The notes under the pieces were generated by a model. That model searched no databases and was not told where the DNA came from. It worked only from the letters and a program-made list of their open reading frames with translations. From a virus, in the UHGV virus genome UHGV-0212524: a DNA stretch of 64,000 nt; one strand, written 5' to 3'. The stretch's first letter is position 1, and each line of letters starts with the position of its first letter. This document shows, in pieces, positions 20,694 through 29,873 of the stretch. The position numbers and the translations under genes were made by a program.

Positions 20694-20738
20694 GGGTAGA
20701 GAGAGCTTTCGGGCTCTCTCTACTTTTCTTTTTTTTCA
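20694..20738 (+). terminator. rho-independent terminator
   Basis: GGGTAGAGAGAGC-TTTCG-GGCTCTCTCTAC hairpin plus T-tract. Confidence 0.8.
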
Positions 20739-20753
20739 TTATCGACGGTCTTT

Positions 20754-21320
20754 ATGGAGGTGACCATGAAAGAATACAAAATCGCGATCATCGGGTCTCG
20801 AGAAACACCGGAAGACGTTATGCAGGAAATGTTAGACACGTTACGGGAAGGGTTTCGAATCTTACGAAAGAAAGGCTACACGATTACCACCCGTTCTGGA
20901 GGGTGTTATAAAGGCCCAGACCAACTTCAGTTCATGTTAGCACGCACCGAGGACGTTAAGAGCGTTTGTTACCTGCCGGATGAAAAGAAAATGTGGTTAG
21001 GGAAAATACACCCTAAGGTAGAGTTTCGTTATATCCCACAAGACGTGCAGTACCGAGCAGTTGTTGCTTCACTCCACCCAAACCCAGATAATCTCTCACC
21101 GATTGCCTGGGCGTTACACGGTCGTAATCTGAACATCATCGCAGGTGACCGCTTAGACGAACCGGTAGACGCAGTATATTACTTTAGCGACCACGACAAA
21201 CACGGGAACGCAAAAGGTGGCACCGCAATGGGTGTAAAATACGCGAAGTCAATCGATGTTCCTTGTTATTATCATACCGCCGATCGGGATAAGTGGTTGG
21301 AAAGTCTTCGTTTATTATGA
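20754..21320 (+). CDS. SLOG-type Rossmann-fold protein (DprA/YpsA-like) candidate
   Basis: KIAIIGSR near the N-terminus and TTRSGGCYKGPDQLQ resemble DprA/LOG/YpsA nucleotide-binding motifs. Confidence 0.35.
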   Translation: MEVTMKEYKIAIIGSRETPEDVMQEMLDTLREGFRILRKKGYTITTRSGGCYKGPDQLQFMLARTEDVKSVCYLPDEKKMWLGKIHPKVEFRYIPQDVQYRAVVASLHPNPDNLSPIAWALHGRNLNIIAGDRLDEPVDAVYYFSDHDKHGNAKGGTAMGVKYAKSIDVPCYYHTADRDKWLESLRLL

Positions 21321-21356
21321 ACTTGACTTTAACCGTTTTACAAAGGAAATCTTGAT

Positions 21357-22241
21357 ATGCGTCGTAGTTGGATTGGCCAACAGGTGGGACAGGAGTCTCG
21401 CGATCGCACCGACTCTTCTGCCTCGTATGGCCACCAGGTCTATTTGGAAATTATCGGTTTAGTGAACAACCGATTACACGATGCTAAGCGTGTCGTCACC
21501 GGCAAAATGAAAACGATGAAAGAAGACGCTGACCGATTAGAAGATCGGTTGAAAGACGTCAAAACGTTTTCTGCCAAAGTGGTTCCTGCGGGCACCTGGT
21601 GTGCGCGTGTGTGTTACGAAGACGTCCCTGATTTAAAAGAATGTCTTAAGTTAGTCGATTCCGTAAACGGGTTCGAGGCGGCTGCGAAGAAATTCCTGGT
21701 TGTGACTAACCCGATGGCTATCGGTCCTAAAGAAGTTCACCGTAAAGTTGAAGACGGGATGTTAAAAGAATTGAGCTACTCCAGTAGTTCAGCGATTCAT
21801 CGTGCGATGGGGTATATCCCTAATTTGATGGGCACGGAAGTTACTGCGTATCCGTTAGCAGGAAACGTCTACGTCGTTACGCAGGGTGAACTGGGTAAAA
21901 GTAAGACTACGTTCGGTATCGGTAACGGCGGGATGTATAAAGACACTATTGCCGCACTCACCGAGCGTGAATGTCACCAGGCATTAAAAGCGGTGCGTAA
22001 GATTGCAGACATCATGGAATCCCGCAACGCGAAAAACGGACTTTTTGGCTACAGCGGTATTTACCAAGAAGCTGAAAAGATTAAAGATAAAATGTACAAA
22101 GTCGATCGGGATGAAATCTCCGAGGTTAAACGCGCTTACAAAAACGTTATTAAGTTGGAAGACGCGGTGACCACTGCACTCGACCGAGTAGCGGATGGGT
22201 TGTTAGCCTGGGTGAAAGCGACGATCAAAGCAAACGAGTAA
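21357..22241 (+). CDS. hypothetical protein, paralog of 22248..23381
   Basis: C-terminal YKNVIKLEDAVTTALDRVADGLLAWV matches YKNALRLEDAFTTSLVRVAEGLLEWC in the next gene. Confidence 0.55.
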   Translation: MRRSWIGQQVGQESRDRTDSSASYGHQVYLEIIGLVNNRLHDAKRVVTGKMKTMKEDADRLEDRLKDVKTFSAKVVPAGTWCARVCYEDVPDLKECLKLVDSVNGFEAAAKKFLVVTNPMAIGPKEVHRKVEDGMLKELSYSSSSAIHRAMGYIPNLMGTEVTAYPLAGNVYVVTQGELGKSKTTFGIGNGGMYKDTIAALTERECHQALKAVRKIADIMESRNAKNGLFGYSGIYQEAEKIKDKMYKVDRDEISEVKRAYKNVIKLEDAVTTALDRVADGLLAWVKATIKANE

Positions 22242-22247
22242 ATTATC

Positions 22248-23381
22248 ATGTCAACGTTAGATAGCGACTTAGAAGTGCTTTGTGACGATTACGACCGACT
22301 CGTAGCGTTAGAATCCATTGGAGTAAAAGACAATTATCCGGCTATCGTTGCTATCCGTAAACGTTGGCTTTTGGATGATGTGGTTGTTGCGTCAGAGTCT
22401 GCGGCCATGATGCACCGTGCGCAGTTTTTGTCAGACACGGAACCTGATAAAGGGATAGGCAAAGCGGCTGCACGACTCACCGGACGTGCGGTTCGTGGCG
22501 TAAGTCGGGTAGCAGGGCGTGCTGCCAGTGCAGGTGCAAAAGCATCAGCGAATTTCGCAGGTAAACATTCCAAACAACTTGCTTTACGTTTTGTGGATTT
22601 TGCCGAAGTTGCGGGTAAAGAAGTCATTAAGGAATTAAAAGAAGCGACGTCTAAAGCAACGACCTTAGAGCGCAAACTGCAAAAGTTAAATGCTCGTCTA
22701 AGTTTAATCGGTGACAAAGACACCTTAAAACCGGTTGACTGCGACACGGGAAGCTGGACGACCAAAGTTTGTTTAGAAGACAAACCTAACGTAAAAGCGT
22801 GTATTGAGTTCAGTAAGAACCTGAACGCAATGGATGCGATGGTCAACGAGTATACCGTTAAAACGCGCACCATTATCGGTAAGAGCAAGAAAGTTACTGA
22901 GAGTGGCTTGGAGAAAGTAGGCCGCTCAACGAACTGGGCGATTAAACGTAGTGCAGGGTTGTTCGGTATTATCGATCCGTTTAAAACGGTGAAAGCGTAT
23001 CCGTGGCCAGGTAACGTGGTGGTCGTTGAACACGACAACGGTAAGATTGAGTGGGCGATTGCCCGTGATGGTGATTTTGGCCACACAATCAAATCTCTGA
23101 ACTTACACGAAATCGGTTCAGCTCTCGAAGCCGTTGAAAAAATTATCCGAGCTTTACGTCAGCGTGGTACGAAGCGACGTAGCGTTGGTTATACCGGTAT
23201 TTACGATGAAGTTCAGCGAATGAAAAAAGAGCTGAAGTCGTTAGACGGTCGTGAGTTACGCGATGCTACCGTTCGGTATAAGAACGCACTGCGTTTAGAA
23301 GATGCGTTTACTACCTCGTTAGTGCGTGTTGCGGAAGGCTTACTGGAATGGTGCAGGTTGTCGCTGATTGAGGTTAAATAA
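22248..23381 (+). CDS. hypothetical protein, paralog of 21357..22241
   Basis: shared C-terminal domain with the preceding gene. Confidence 0.55.
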   Translation: MSTLDSDLEVLCDDYDRLVALESIGVKDNYPAIVAIRKRWLLDDVVVASESAAMMHRAQFLSDTEPDKGIGKAAARLTGRAVRGVSRVAGRAASAGAKASANFAGKHSKQLALRFVDFAEVAGKEVIKELKEATSKATTLERKLQKLNARLSLIGDKDTLKPVDCDTGSWTTKVCLEDKPNVKACIEFSKNLNAMDAMVNEYTVKTRTIIGKSKKVTESGLEKVGRSTNWAIKRSAGLFGIIDPFKTVKAYPWPGNVVVVEHDNGKIEWAIARDGDFGHTIKSLNLHEIGSALEAVEKIIRALRQRGTKRRSVGYTGIYDEVQRMKKELKSLDGRELRDATVRYKNALRLEDAFTTSLVRVAEGLLEWCRLSLIEVK

Positions 23382-23848
23382 TGCGTATTACTATTATTCT
23401 CAAACCCGACAGTAAATACGGAAAGTTATACGGCGACCAGGTACTCAAACTGCACAACATGTTGTTCGCAGAAGAGAAAGTGCGTATTAGTCAGTTAACT
23501 GGACGTGACACGTTCAACCCCATCGAACGTTTAGAAGAGATTTGGCCTCAAGATTATCTCTGTGCGTGTGCGGTGGATGATAACGAACAGCTTCTGGGCT
23601 TTATGACGTTCTCATTGGGTTCTTGCTCAAAAGACACGTTCGTTTACATCGGGAATTACTATGTGGTTCCTGAAGCACGTTCTCAAGGGGTAGGGCGTGC
23701 GCTTATGGACAAAGTCCGTGAATACGGAAAGTCCAAAGGTTGTGGTTGGATGAGTCTGGATGTGTTAGACAACAACGTTAAAGCTATCTCCTTGTATGAG
23801 AAAATGGGATTCCGTACCGAATGCAGGGAAATGATAAAGGAAATCTAA
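23381..23848 (+). CDS. GNAT family N-acetyltransferase
   Basis: VVPEARSQGVGRALMDKV...ISLYEKMGF are typical GNAT acetyl-CoA binding motifs. Confidence 0.6.
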   Translation: MRITIILKPDSKYGKLYGDQVLKLHNMLFAEEKVRISQLTGRDTFNPIERLEEIWPQDYLCACAVDDNEQLLGFMTFSLGSCSKDTFVYIGNYYVVPEARSQGVGRALMDKVREYGKSKGCGWMSLDVLDNNVKAISLYEKMGFRTECREMIKEI

Positions 23849-23849
23849 A

Positions 23850-24482
23850 ATGGCTGCAAGATTCGTACCGTTTCACGACGGGTCTAGATATACTTTTGGT
23901 GTAGAGCGTTACGCTGTGGGTTTTCGTCCTGGTTGGAGAGTGGTGCGAATCGATAAAGCGTGTTGGTGTTTACCGACCGGCATTTTTGATTACTTTACAC
24001 CTGAAGCTTTAACGCGGTTTGTTTCTCTGGGTTCTCCCACGCAACGTGCTGCGTGGGAAAAGAATATTCGTTGCCGTTATTTGGGTAAAACACGAAACGC
24101 GACGGTACGTGGTGTTTATCACGTAGGGAGTCGTTGGTTACACGTTGAGCCAACACATCCCCGTTGTGCCGTCACGCCCTTTAACGGTGAATATCACGGT
24201 CAGGTGTATACCGGAATACATTTTGCATTCCCAGATAACCCTGACCTTAATTACTTTCTGGCTACCCCGAAAGACGTTACATTAGCCACGTTCTATAAAT
24301 ACCTTTTGTTCTATCCTGCCTACGTCGTTGCAGAATACGAACACAAAGCATTTCCTCTGCCTTATGGTAGAGACAGGAGATTAGCAGGATGTTCTATCGA
24401 GAACTTCAGCAATACACCGACGCTCTCCGAAAAGCGACCATTGATGCTCACAACAACCTCAGAGATGTCGTTAGCGTTATAG
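23850..24482 (+). CDS. hypothetical protein (210 aa)
   Basis: ORF. Confidence 0.5.
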   Translation: MAARFVPFHDGSRYTFGVERYAVGFRPGWRVVRIDKACWCLPTGIFDYFTPEALTRFVSLGSPTQRAAWEKNIRCRYLGKTRNATVRGVYHVGSRWLHVEPTHPRCAVTPFNGEYHGQVYTGIHFAFPDNPDLNYFLATPKDVTLATFYKYLLFYPAYVVAEYEHKAFPLPYGRDRRLAGCSIENFSNTPTLSEKRPLMLTTTSEMSLAL

Positions 24483-24760
24483 AACAGTGTTCGGATGTAT
24501 TGTATGCGGAAACGATTGAAACGCCAACCCGTGACGGTGTGAAATCGCTCCAGCTACACGTTTGTAGTAAACACGGCAGTTTGTCGTTAAACTTCCGTGT
24601 AGGTTTAGATTATTACATGGTTCGTAAGAGCTATTTAAGTTGTGACGGTGACCTCTATCCGGTTGTCTGGAACAACGATTATTCTAAGTTTGTTTATCCA
24701 CTTGAAGAACACCGACGCACGGTTTATGAATTTGTGAAAGCTGTTCTCGAGGGGTTCTAA
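24389..24760 (+). CDS. hypothetical protein (123 aa), overlaps preceding gene by 94 nt
   Basis: ORF with AGGAGA RBS about 8 nt upstream of the ATG. Confidence 0.4.
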   Translation: MFYRELQQYTDALRKATIDAHNNLRDVVSVIEQCSDVLYAETIETPTRDGVKSLQLHVCSKHGSLSLNFRVGLDYYMVRKSYLSCDGDLYPVVWNNDYSKFVYPLEEHRRTVYEFVKAVLEGF

Positions 24761-24770
24761 AGAGGGTATT

Positions 24771-25379
24771 GTGATGTCAGAGATGATTCTCGACTCATTA
24801 CTGCTGATTACGGTGGCGTATATCAACAAAACCGGTAAGCTACCAAAGCGTGGGGTGACGATTGAACGGGAGGGGTTTAAGCACCGCTACCCGTTAACGA
24901 AAGTTCTCGATTTGGCAGCGCGGTTAGCGAAGATGCGTAGACCGACGTCAGACGCAGCACCGAAGTACGTATTAGTGGTACTCCAACGTGCGATTTCTGA
25001 AGTCCGTCGTGCGCGTCGTCGTGCCTCGTTTCGCTTTTATCCAAACTCTACGCAACAGGTTGTGGGGGTCTATAACGAAATGGTTGTTGATTTACGTACC
25101 GAACACTGTAACGTTACAGGACTTGCGTATAACCGCCTCAAACGCATTCTGGACGACTCAGACGCGTTTACCACACCGCAAGAAGGCCAAGCGGCTTTAG
25201 CGCTTCTACGTGGCGCTGAGCTCGTTATTGTGGACACCGCAGTACAGGCCGCAAGAATGCAGCACTATCTTGCTAAGCAAGGGTTAGTTTTACTGTGTGT
25301 ACCGTCAGCACAGGCGGCTAATCTTACCGCACCGGAAACGTCAGAAGTGTGGAGTGGTCCGATTGTTGACCATCAATAA
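24771..25379 (+). CDS. hypothetical protein (202 aa)
   Basis: ORF followed by terminator. Confidence 0.5.
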   Translation: MMSEMILDSLLLITVAYINKTGKLPKRGVTIEREGFKHRYPLTKVLDLAARLAKMRRPTSDAAPKYVLVVLQRAISEVRRARRRASFRFYPNSTQQVVGVYNEMVVDLRTEHCNVTGLAYNRLKRILDDSDAFTTPQEGQAALALLRGAELVIVDTAVQAARMQHYLAKQGLVLLCVPSAQAANLTAPETSEVWSGPIVDHQ

Positions 25380-25385
25380 AACCTT

Positions 25386-25421
25386 ACCCCTACCAATCGG
25401 TAGGGGCGGGTTTCTTTTTTA
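25386..25421 (+). terminator. rho-independent terminator
   Basis: CCCCTACC-AATCG-GTAGGGG hairpin plus T-tract. Confidence 0.75.
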
Positions 25422-25517
25422 TCCTAAAATTTATTACAACCAATAGCTATTATGTGAACGCCGGTATGGAATAAAGAAGTATCGGTTTAAATTTTTGTGC
25501 GTAAAGGTAAAACGATA

Positions 25518-26141
25518 ATGCTTAAGACAGTGTCTATTGATGGCCCTGACTTTTCTGGGAAATCGACGTTGTGCAAAATAGTAAAAGGTATGCTGGAATC
25601 TGCGGGGTTAAAGGTCTGCATCCGTAATCACCCTACGACGGAGACCGAGGCGGGTATCCGTGCACGCAGTTTAGTCATTCAGTCCGCAGCAAAAGCAAAA
25701 ATTGCCGAAGCGATGTGCGACGATTTCCTTCACACGTTAGACCATGTTGTTGACGATTACGATGTTGTTATTTTCGACAGGTTCTGTCCCTCTACAGTCG
25801 TTTACCAGGGCGTCGACGGTAAAGACGAAGTTTTCCGACGTAAGCTAACGCGTCATTTCCACGCACCAGATTTGTACGTTTGGACAGATGTGGATTACGA
25901 CGGCGCAGTAGCACGCTTTAAGAAACGGGTAGAAGAACAAGGTAAGAATTGGGACGATGAAGTCCTTACCGTTAAGTATTTAAAAGATAACCAAAGCTGG
26001 GAAGCGTTACGTGACCACTACCGCTTTGCCCACCACATCCTCACTGAAGGTGGTTGTCTGCACCATTTATTACCCGTGAAGCAAGACGACGATTACCGGT
26101 TAAAAGCGGCTGAAATCGTTGCTTGTATTTTAGAGAATTAA
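25518..26141 (+). CDS. P-loop nucleotide kinase (thymidylate/dNMP kinase-like)
   Basis: SIDGPDFSGKST resembles the Tmk P-loop IEGxxGAGKST; ATG at 25518 with AAAGG RBS preferred over GTG at 25497. Confidence 0.5.
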   Translation: MLKTVSIDGPDFSGKSTLCKIVKGMLESAGLKVCIRNHPTTETEAGIRARSLVIQSAAKAKIAEAMCDDFLHTLDHVVDDYDVVIFDRFCPSTVVYQGVDGKDEVFRRKLTRHFHAPDLYVWTDVDYDGAVARFKKRVEEQGKNWDDEVLTVKYLKDNQSWEALRDHYRFAHHILTEGGCLHHLLPVKQDDDYRLKAAEIVACILEN

Positions 26142-26147
26142 TCACAT

Positions 26148-26184
26148 ACCCCTACCTTCGGGTAGGGGGTTATTTAATTTTTTC
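26148..26184 (+). terminator. rho-independent terminator
   Basis: CCCCTACC-TTCG-GGTAGGGGG hairpin plus T-tract; same hairpin family as 25386. Confidence 0.8.
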
Positions 26185-26209
26185 TCAGATAGATATTACC
26201 TTAGTGAGA
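26185..26209 (+). promoter_or_regulatory. conserved promoter-like motif TCAGATAGATATTACCTTAGTGAGA
   Basis: near-identical to copies at 46575 and 50194; follows a terminator and precedes gene 26260; followed by an inverted repeat. Confidence 0.45.
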
Positions 26210-26259
26210 TTACATCGTAATCTCTTTACGACTTGTTCTACAGATGAGGATTAAATATC

Positions 26260-26943
26260 ATGGCACCGAGAACTAAGAAAACTGAAGTTAAAGAAACTGT
26301 AGAAAAACCGATTGATACTAAGGAAGCAGAAGTTAAACAGGGTGGGCCTAGCAAGAAGCTTGCGCTTATGCCGCCCGCCACAGAAATACACGGGGATAAA
26401 ATCTTAAGTTACACTCCGCGTGCGAGTTTAACGATCGATATTTACCATTACCCGGTATTCGACCTGTACACGCTTGTCTGTCGACTCGACGATGAGGTAC
26501 TGGCAGTCGTGCCAGGTATCCACAAAGAAAAACTGCTTACGGGTTCAGTCATTAGCGAGATTTTCCTGCGCCTGATGTTTAAATCAGACGATAAGATGAT
26601 CAGCCAGATTGCTAGTAAATTGACTGACTTCTTTGTTGAGGCTTCAACGTGGTTAGGCTTTCACCCAACGGCTTATTTCGTTTTCGACACCAAAATGTTG
26701 TATGCTGAAATGGGCGATAGTGTTAAGTATCCTATCTTGCTTAATGAAGAAGTCGTTCCGTTTTCCCTTACCAGTCCTAACAAACATCTTCGCTTTCATC
26801 CGGCGTTAGAAAACCTGATTGAATACAATCGGTTGGAAAAATATTACGCTTATCATCGCATGTTCTTTGAACTTCTGCGTGATAAATTAAGAGGCAAAGT
26901 TCCAGATTCTAGTGCAGCATTCACTAGTTCTAAGCTTTGGTAG
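26260..26943 (+). CDS. hypothetical protein (227 aa)
   Basis: ORF between terminators. Confidence 0.55.
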   Translation: MAPRTKKTEVKETVEKPIDTKEAEVKQGGPSKKLALMPPATEIHGDKILSYTPRASLTIDIYHYPVFDLYTLVCRLDDEVLAVVPGIHKEKLLTGSVISEIFLRLMFKSDDKMISQIASKLTDFFVEASTWLGFHPTAYFVFDTKMLYAEMGDSVKYPILLNEEVVPFSLTSPNKHLRFHPALENLIEYNRLEKYYAYHRMFFELLRDKLRGKVPDSSAAFTSSKLW

Positions 26944-26954
26944 TTTGTAACAAA

Positions 26955-26984
26955 CAGGGAGCTTCGGCTCCCTTTTTCTTTTTA
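26955..26984 (+). terminator. rho-independent terminator
   Basis: AGGGAGC-TTCG-GCTCCCT hairpin plus T-tract. Confidence 0.8.
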
Positions 26985-27029
26985 CAACTTTTTCTTTTGT
27001 TGTGAGGAAAGCCGATAAGGAGTATTAAA

Positions 27030-28016
27030 ATGGTATATCGTAAAACGATAGAAAGAACCTCTTCTGATTTAACCGTAGGACGCTTAACCCGTAGAGATAT
27101 TCGCAATCCTCAGCTTCAGGCATGTTTAACGGGGCCTAACGGTGCGGCGATTCGTGAAGCACTGTGCAATACTGAGCTGAATACGTTCTCTTTACAAAAA
27201 GGAAAAACAATCCAAGGGTTTATCATCACAAAACACATTTACGGTGACCCAACGTTACACTGCTTGTATATGCATGAAATTGTACCTGGGTGTTTGAACA
27301 AACTGAGCCTTCTATTGGTACTTGACTATACTGGGTTTACGTACCTTAACCGAATTGCCAGAGGTGTGGAAGAAATTGCTGAGCTTAACGATTTAGGGTT
27401 TAGACATACCCACACAGCATATCGTTTAGGTACGCGTAAGCTACTGGATGTCACTTTACCGACGAACGTGAAGAACGTCTCCGGCGACTTCTATAAAGAC
27501 TTAACCAGAGCACAACGTGAACAGCTCATGACGTTGTTTGGCACTAGCGTTGTTGAAAACATCAATGCTGACCCTGTGACGCGTTCTCGACAAATAATGC
27601 CGCAAGTTGAAACGCTGGTGGAGTTAGTGCGTCACGTCAATCACTACACTTACGTTTGGATGGACGGTAACGACATTGTGGGTGTGGTGCAAGTTAAATC
27701 ACGCAATCTTAGCGAGTGCGAACTAAAAGCCATTGCGGTAAGTGAATCACACCGGGGCCGTGGGATTGGGCGTGCGTTGTTGTACCGTGCTTTACAGATT
27801 GCATCGACAACAGCAGCACCATTAGAAATAGGGTGTTACAATAACAACCCAGCATTTAGACACCTGGCTGTAGATTTGTTTAAATTCCGTCCCTACGAGT
27901 ACGAATTTGTTTTAGTGCGCGACGACGATGTCGTCAGTTGGGAGCGTCGGAAAAACCGCGTCGAGTTAGTGTTAGGCGACGAAATGTCATCGTTACAAGG
28001 CGGAATTAATGCATAA
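27030..28016 (+). CDS. protein with C-terminal GNAT acetyltransferase-like domain (328 aa)
   Basis: C-terminal IAVSESHRGRGIGRALLYRALQIA matches the GNAT acetyl-CoA binding motif. Confidence 0.5.
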   Translation: MVYRKTIERTSSDLTVGRLTRRDIRNPQLQACLTGPNGAAIREALCNTELNTFSLQKGKTIQGFIITKHIYGDPTLHCLYMHEIVPGCLNKLSLLLVLDYTGFTYLNRIARGVEEIAELNDLGFRHTHTAYRLGTRKLLDVTLPTNVKNVSGDFYKDLTRAQREQLMTLFGTSVVENINADPVTRSRQIMPQVETLVELVRHVNHYTYVWMDGNDIVGVVQVKSRNLSECELKAIAVSESHRGRGIGRALLYRALQIASTTAAPLEIGCYNNNPAFRHLAVDLFKFRPYEYEFVLVRDDDVVSWERRKNRVELVLGDEMSSLQGGINA

Positions 28017-28824
28017 ACCAATTATAAAGTGGATGGGTGGCAAATCGCGGATTATCGACACCTTATTACAAGTCTTACCTGAACGTACAACATTCGTTGA
28101 ACCGTTTGTTGGTGCAGGGTCGGTGTTTTTGAACACACGTTATAAACGTTACATTCTTGCTGACTCTAACCCTGACTTAATTCAGTTGCTGAACGTGGCG
28201 AAAGACCAACCTGAAGAACTTATCTTAAAGTCGAAACCGCTATTCGAAGACGGTAACGATTGTATTAAGTATATGGAGAGACGAGAACTGTTTAATCGCG
28301 AAACGGATATGGCTCCGTTAGACCGTGCTGCAATGTTTCTGTATTTAATGCGTCACGGTTTTAACGGGATGTGTCGTTACAACGGCAGCGGTGGTTTTAA
28401 CGTTCCGTTTGGTCGCTATCCTAACGGTGTGTATTACCCGTTAGAAGAGATTCGTGGTTGGGCTAAACGTTGTCAAGAACCGGAATACTTAGAAATTGTT
28501 TGTGAAGATTTCCGAACAGTTTTAGAGCGTACACCGGAAGACAGCGTGATTTACGCAGACCCACCTTATATACCGCTCTCAGAGACCGCTAAACACGCCC
28601 AATACCATCGGAAGGAGTTTTCCCAGGCTGACCATCGAGAACTCGCCAGAGCGCTGTTTAAGCAGGTTGAGAAGGGGAATAGCGTTGTGTTGTCCAATGC
28701 AGATACGTTACTAACGCGTGAGATTTATTACGGGTTCGAATGGCGTTCTGTAGAAGTAGGGCGATACATGGGTGCGTCAGGTGCTGCTCGTAAAACGGTA
28801 ACGGAATTGTTAGGAGTGCTCTAA
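28009..28824 (+). CDS. dam: DNA adenine methyltransferase (Dam family, GATC-type N6-adenine MTase)
   Basis: KWMGGK N-terminus, FVEPFVGAGSVFLNT SAM-binding motif, YADPPY catalytic DPPY motif and LSNADTLLTREIY; collinear with E. coli Dam. Confidence 0.85.
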   Translation: MHKPIIKWMGGKSRIIDTLLQVLPERTTFVEPFVGAGSVFLNTRYKRYILADSNPDLIQLLNVAKDQPEELILKSKPLFEDGNDCIKYMERRELFNRETDMAPLDRAAMFLYLMRHGFNGMCRYNGSGGFNVPFGRYPNGVYYPLEEIRGWAKRCQEPEYLEIVCEDFRTVLERTPEDSVIYADPPYIPLSETAKHAQYHRKEFSQADHRELARALFKQVEKGNSVVLSNADTLLTREIYYGFEWRSVEVGRYMGASGAARKTVTELLGVL

Positions 28825-29597
28825 TGCGTATAGTGGATATCCACGATTATCGTAATGACCATTTAGCGATTGGTGTAGAAGGTAAAATGGTTTCGTTAAC
28901 CCGTGTACGCAAAGGGTTAATGGAAAAGGAAATCATTCGGGAATCTGAAGACCCTACCTTTATCATCCTTTCGAATACTAACCAATTACAGGGCATCTTT
29001 TCAGGGCGTGCAGACGGTAAGATTTTCTATATGTCCGCAATCGTTGTGTTTGCGAAGAAGAACATCAACTTCGCCCAACTCAAACGTCTGTTAAACGTGA
29101 AGATGTTTGACGTTACCTACCCTGCTAATGACCTAAAACGTCGTGATCAGTTAATGACGTTTTTGGGTATGCAACCAACGTCTATCGATTATGACCTTAC
29201 GATTACTGAGAAGCCAGAAGTACGTACTGACTTACCTGACGTGGTCGACGTTGAATCCCTAACGTTAGAAGAGACGTTTACGATTCCTAAGGTTGTTAAT
29301 GTCAGCCTCGACACGCACTGTTTAGGGTTGTTAGCCGTAGGTGCGGCAGAAGGGCTGTGTTGTCGTAAAGACGGTAAGGTTGAAGGTATCTTAGTCTATT
29401 CGAAAATCAATGAAAAGACGTTTGCCACCGAAGGTTTTTTCTATAACGACTGTACTTACGGAAACGCACTGCTAACCACGTATTTCCGTATTGCTTATCT
29501 GAAAGGCGCAACTGTTCGCCTCACGTTTCCATACACAGCCCCACCGTCTATGGGTGGAGTTGAGGTAGAACCATTAACCGGCCACTTTATCTTTTAA
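28824..29597 (+). CDS. hypothetical protein (257 aa)
   Basis: ORF. Confidence 0.55.
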   Translation: MRIVDIHDYRNDHLAIGVEGKMVSLTRVRKGLMEKEIIRESEDPTFIILSNTNQLQGIFSGRADGKIFYMSAIVVFAKKNINFAQLKRLLNVKMFDVTYPANDLKRRDQLMTFLGMQPTSIDYDLTITEKPEVRTDLPDVVDVESLTLEETFTIPKVVNVSLDTHCLGLLAVGAAEGLCCRKDGKVEGILVYSKINEKTFATEGFFYNDCTYGNALLTTYFRIAYLKGATVRLTFPYTAPPSMGGVEVEPLTGHFIF

Positions 29598-29606
29598 GGA
29601 TGATGA

Positions 29607-29834
29607 ATGGAAATCAAACGTATTGTAACCAAAAACAAACAGATTGTTTACGTCGCAGGTGATAACGAATTCTCGGCGGTAATCAACAGCGAAAATGCGC
29701 TCATTATCGGTTATCCGGGTAAAGTTATTACGCGCAGTCACCAACGTGTGATTGACAAACTTATCGCAAAAGCGAAAGCGCGTGACGGTGTTGGTTCAGT
29801 ACAAACCCACACGGGGTTAACGCTGGCCCTCTAG
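29607..29834 (+). CDS. hypothetical small protein (75 aa)
   Basis: ORF. Confidence 0.45.
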   Translation: MEIKRIVTKNKQIVYVAGDNEFSAVINSENALIIGYPGKVITRSHQRVIDKLIAKAKARDGVGSVQTHTGLTLAL

Positions 29835-29873
29835 TCAGCAGGTAATATGACCTCTTAACTGGAGACTTTAATA

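Noticed and set aside
22334-23092. 252-aa minus-strand ORF inside gene 22248..23381
   Set aside because: Fully antisense to a well-supported plus-strand gene with a conserved paralog; low-complexity Ser/Ala/Thr-rich translation; no RBS context.
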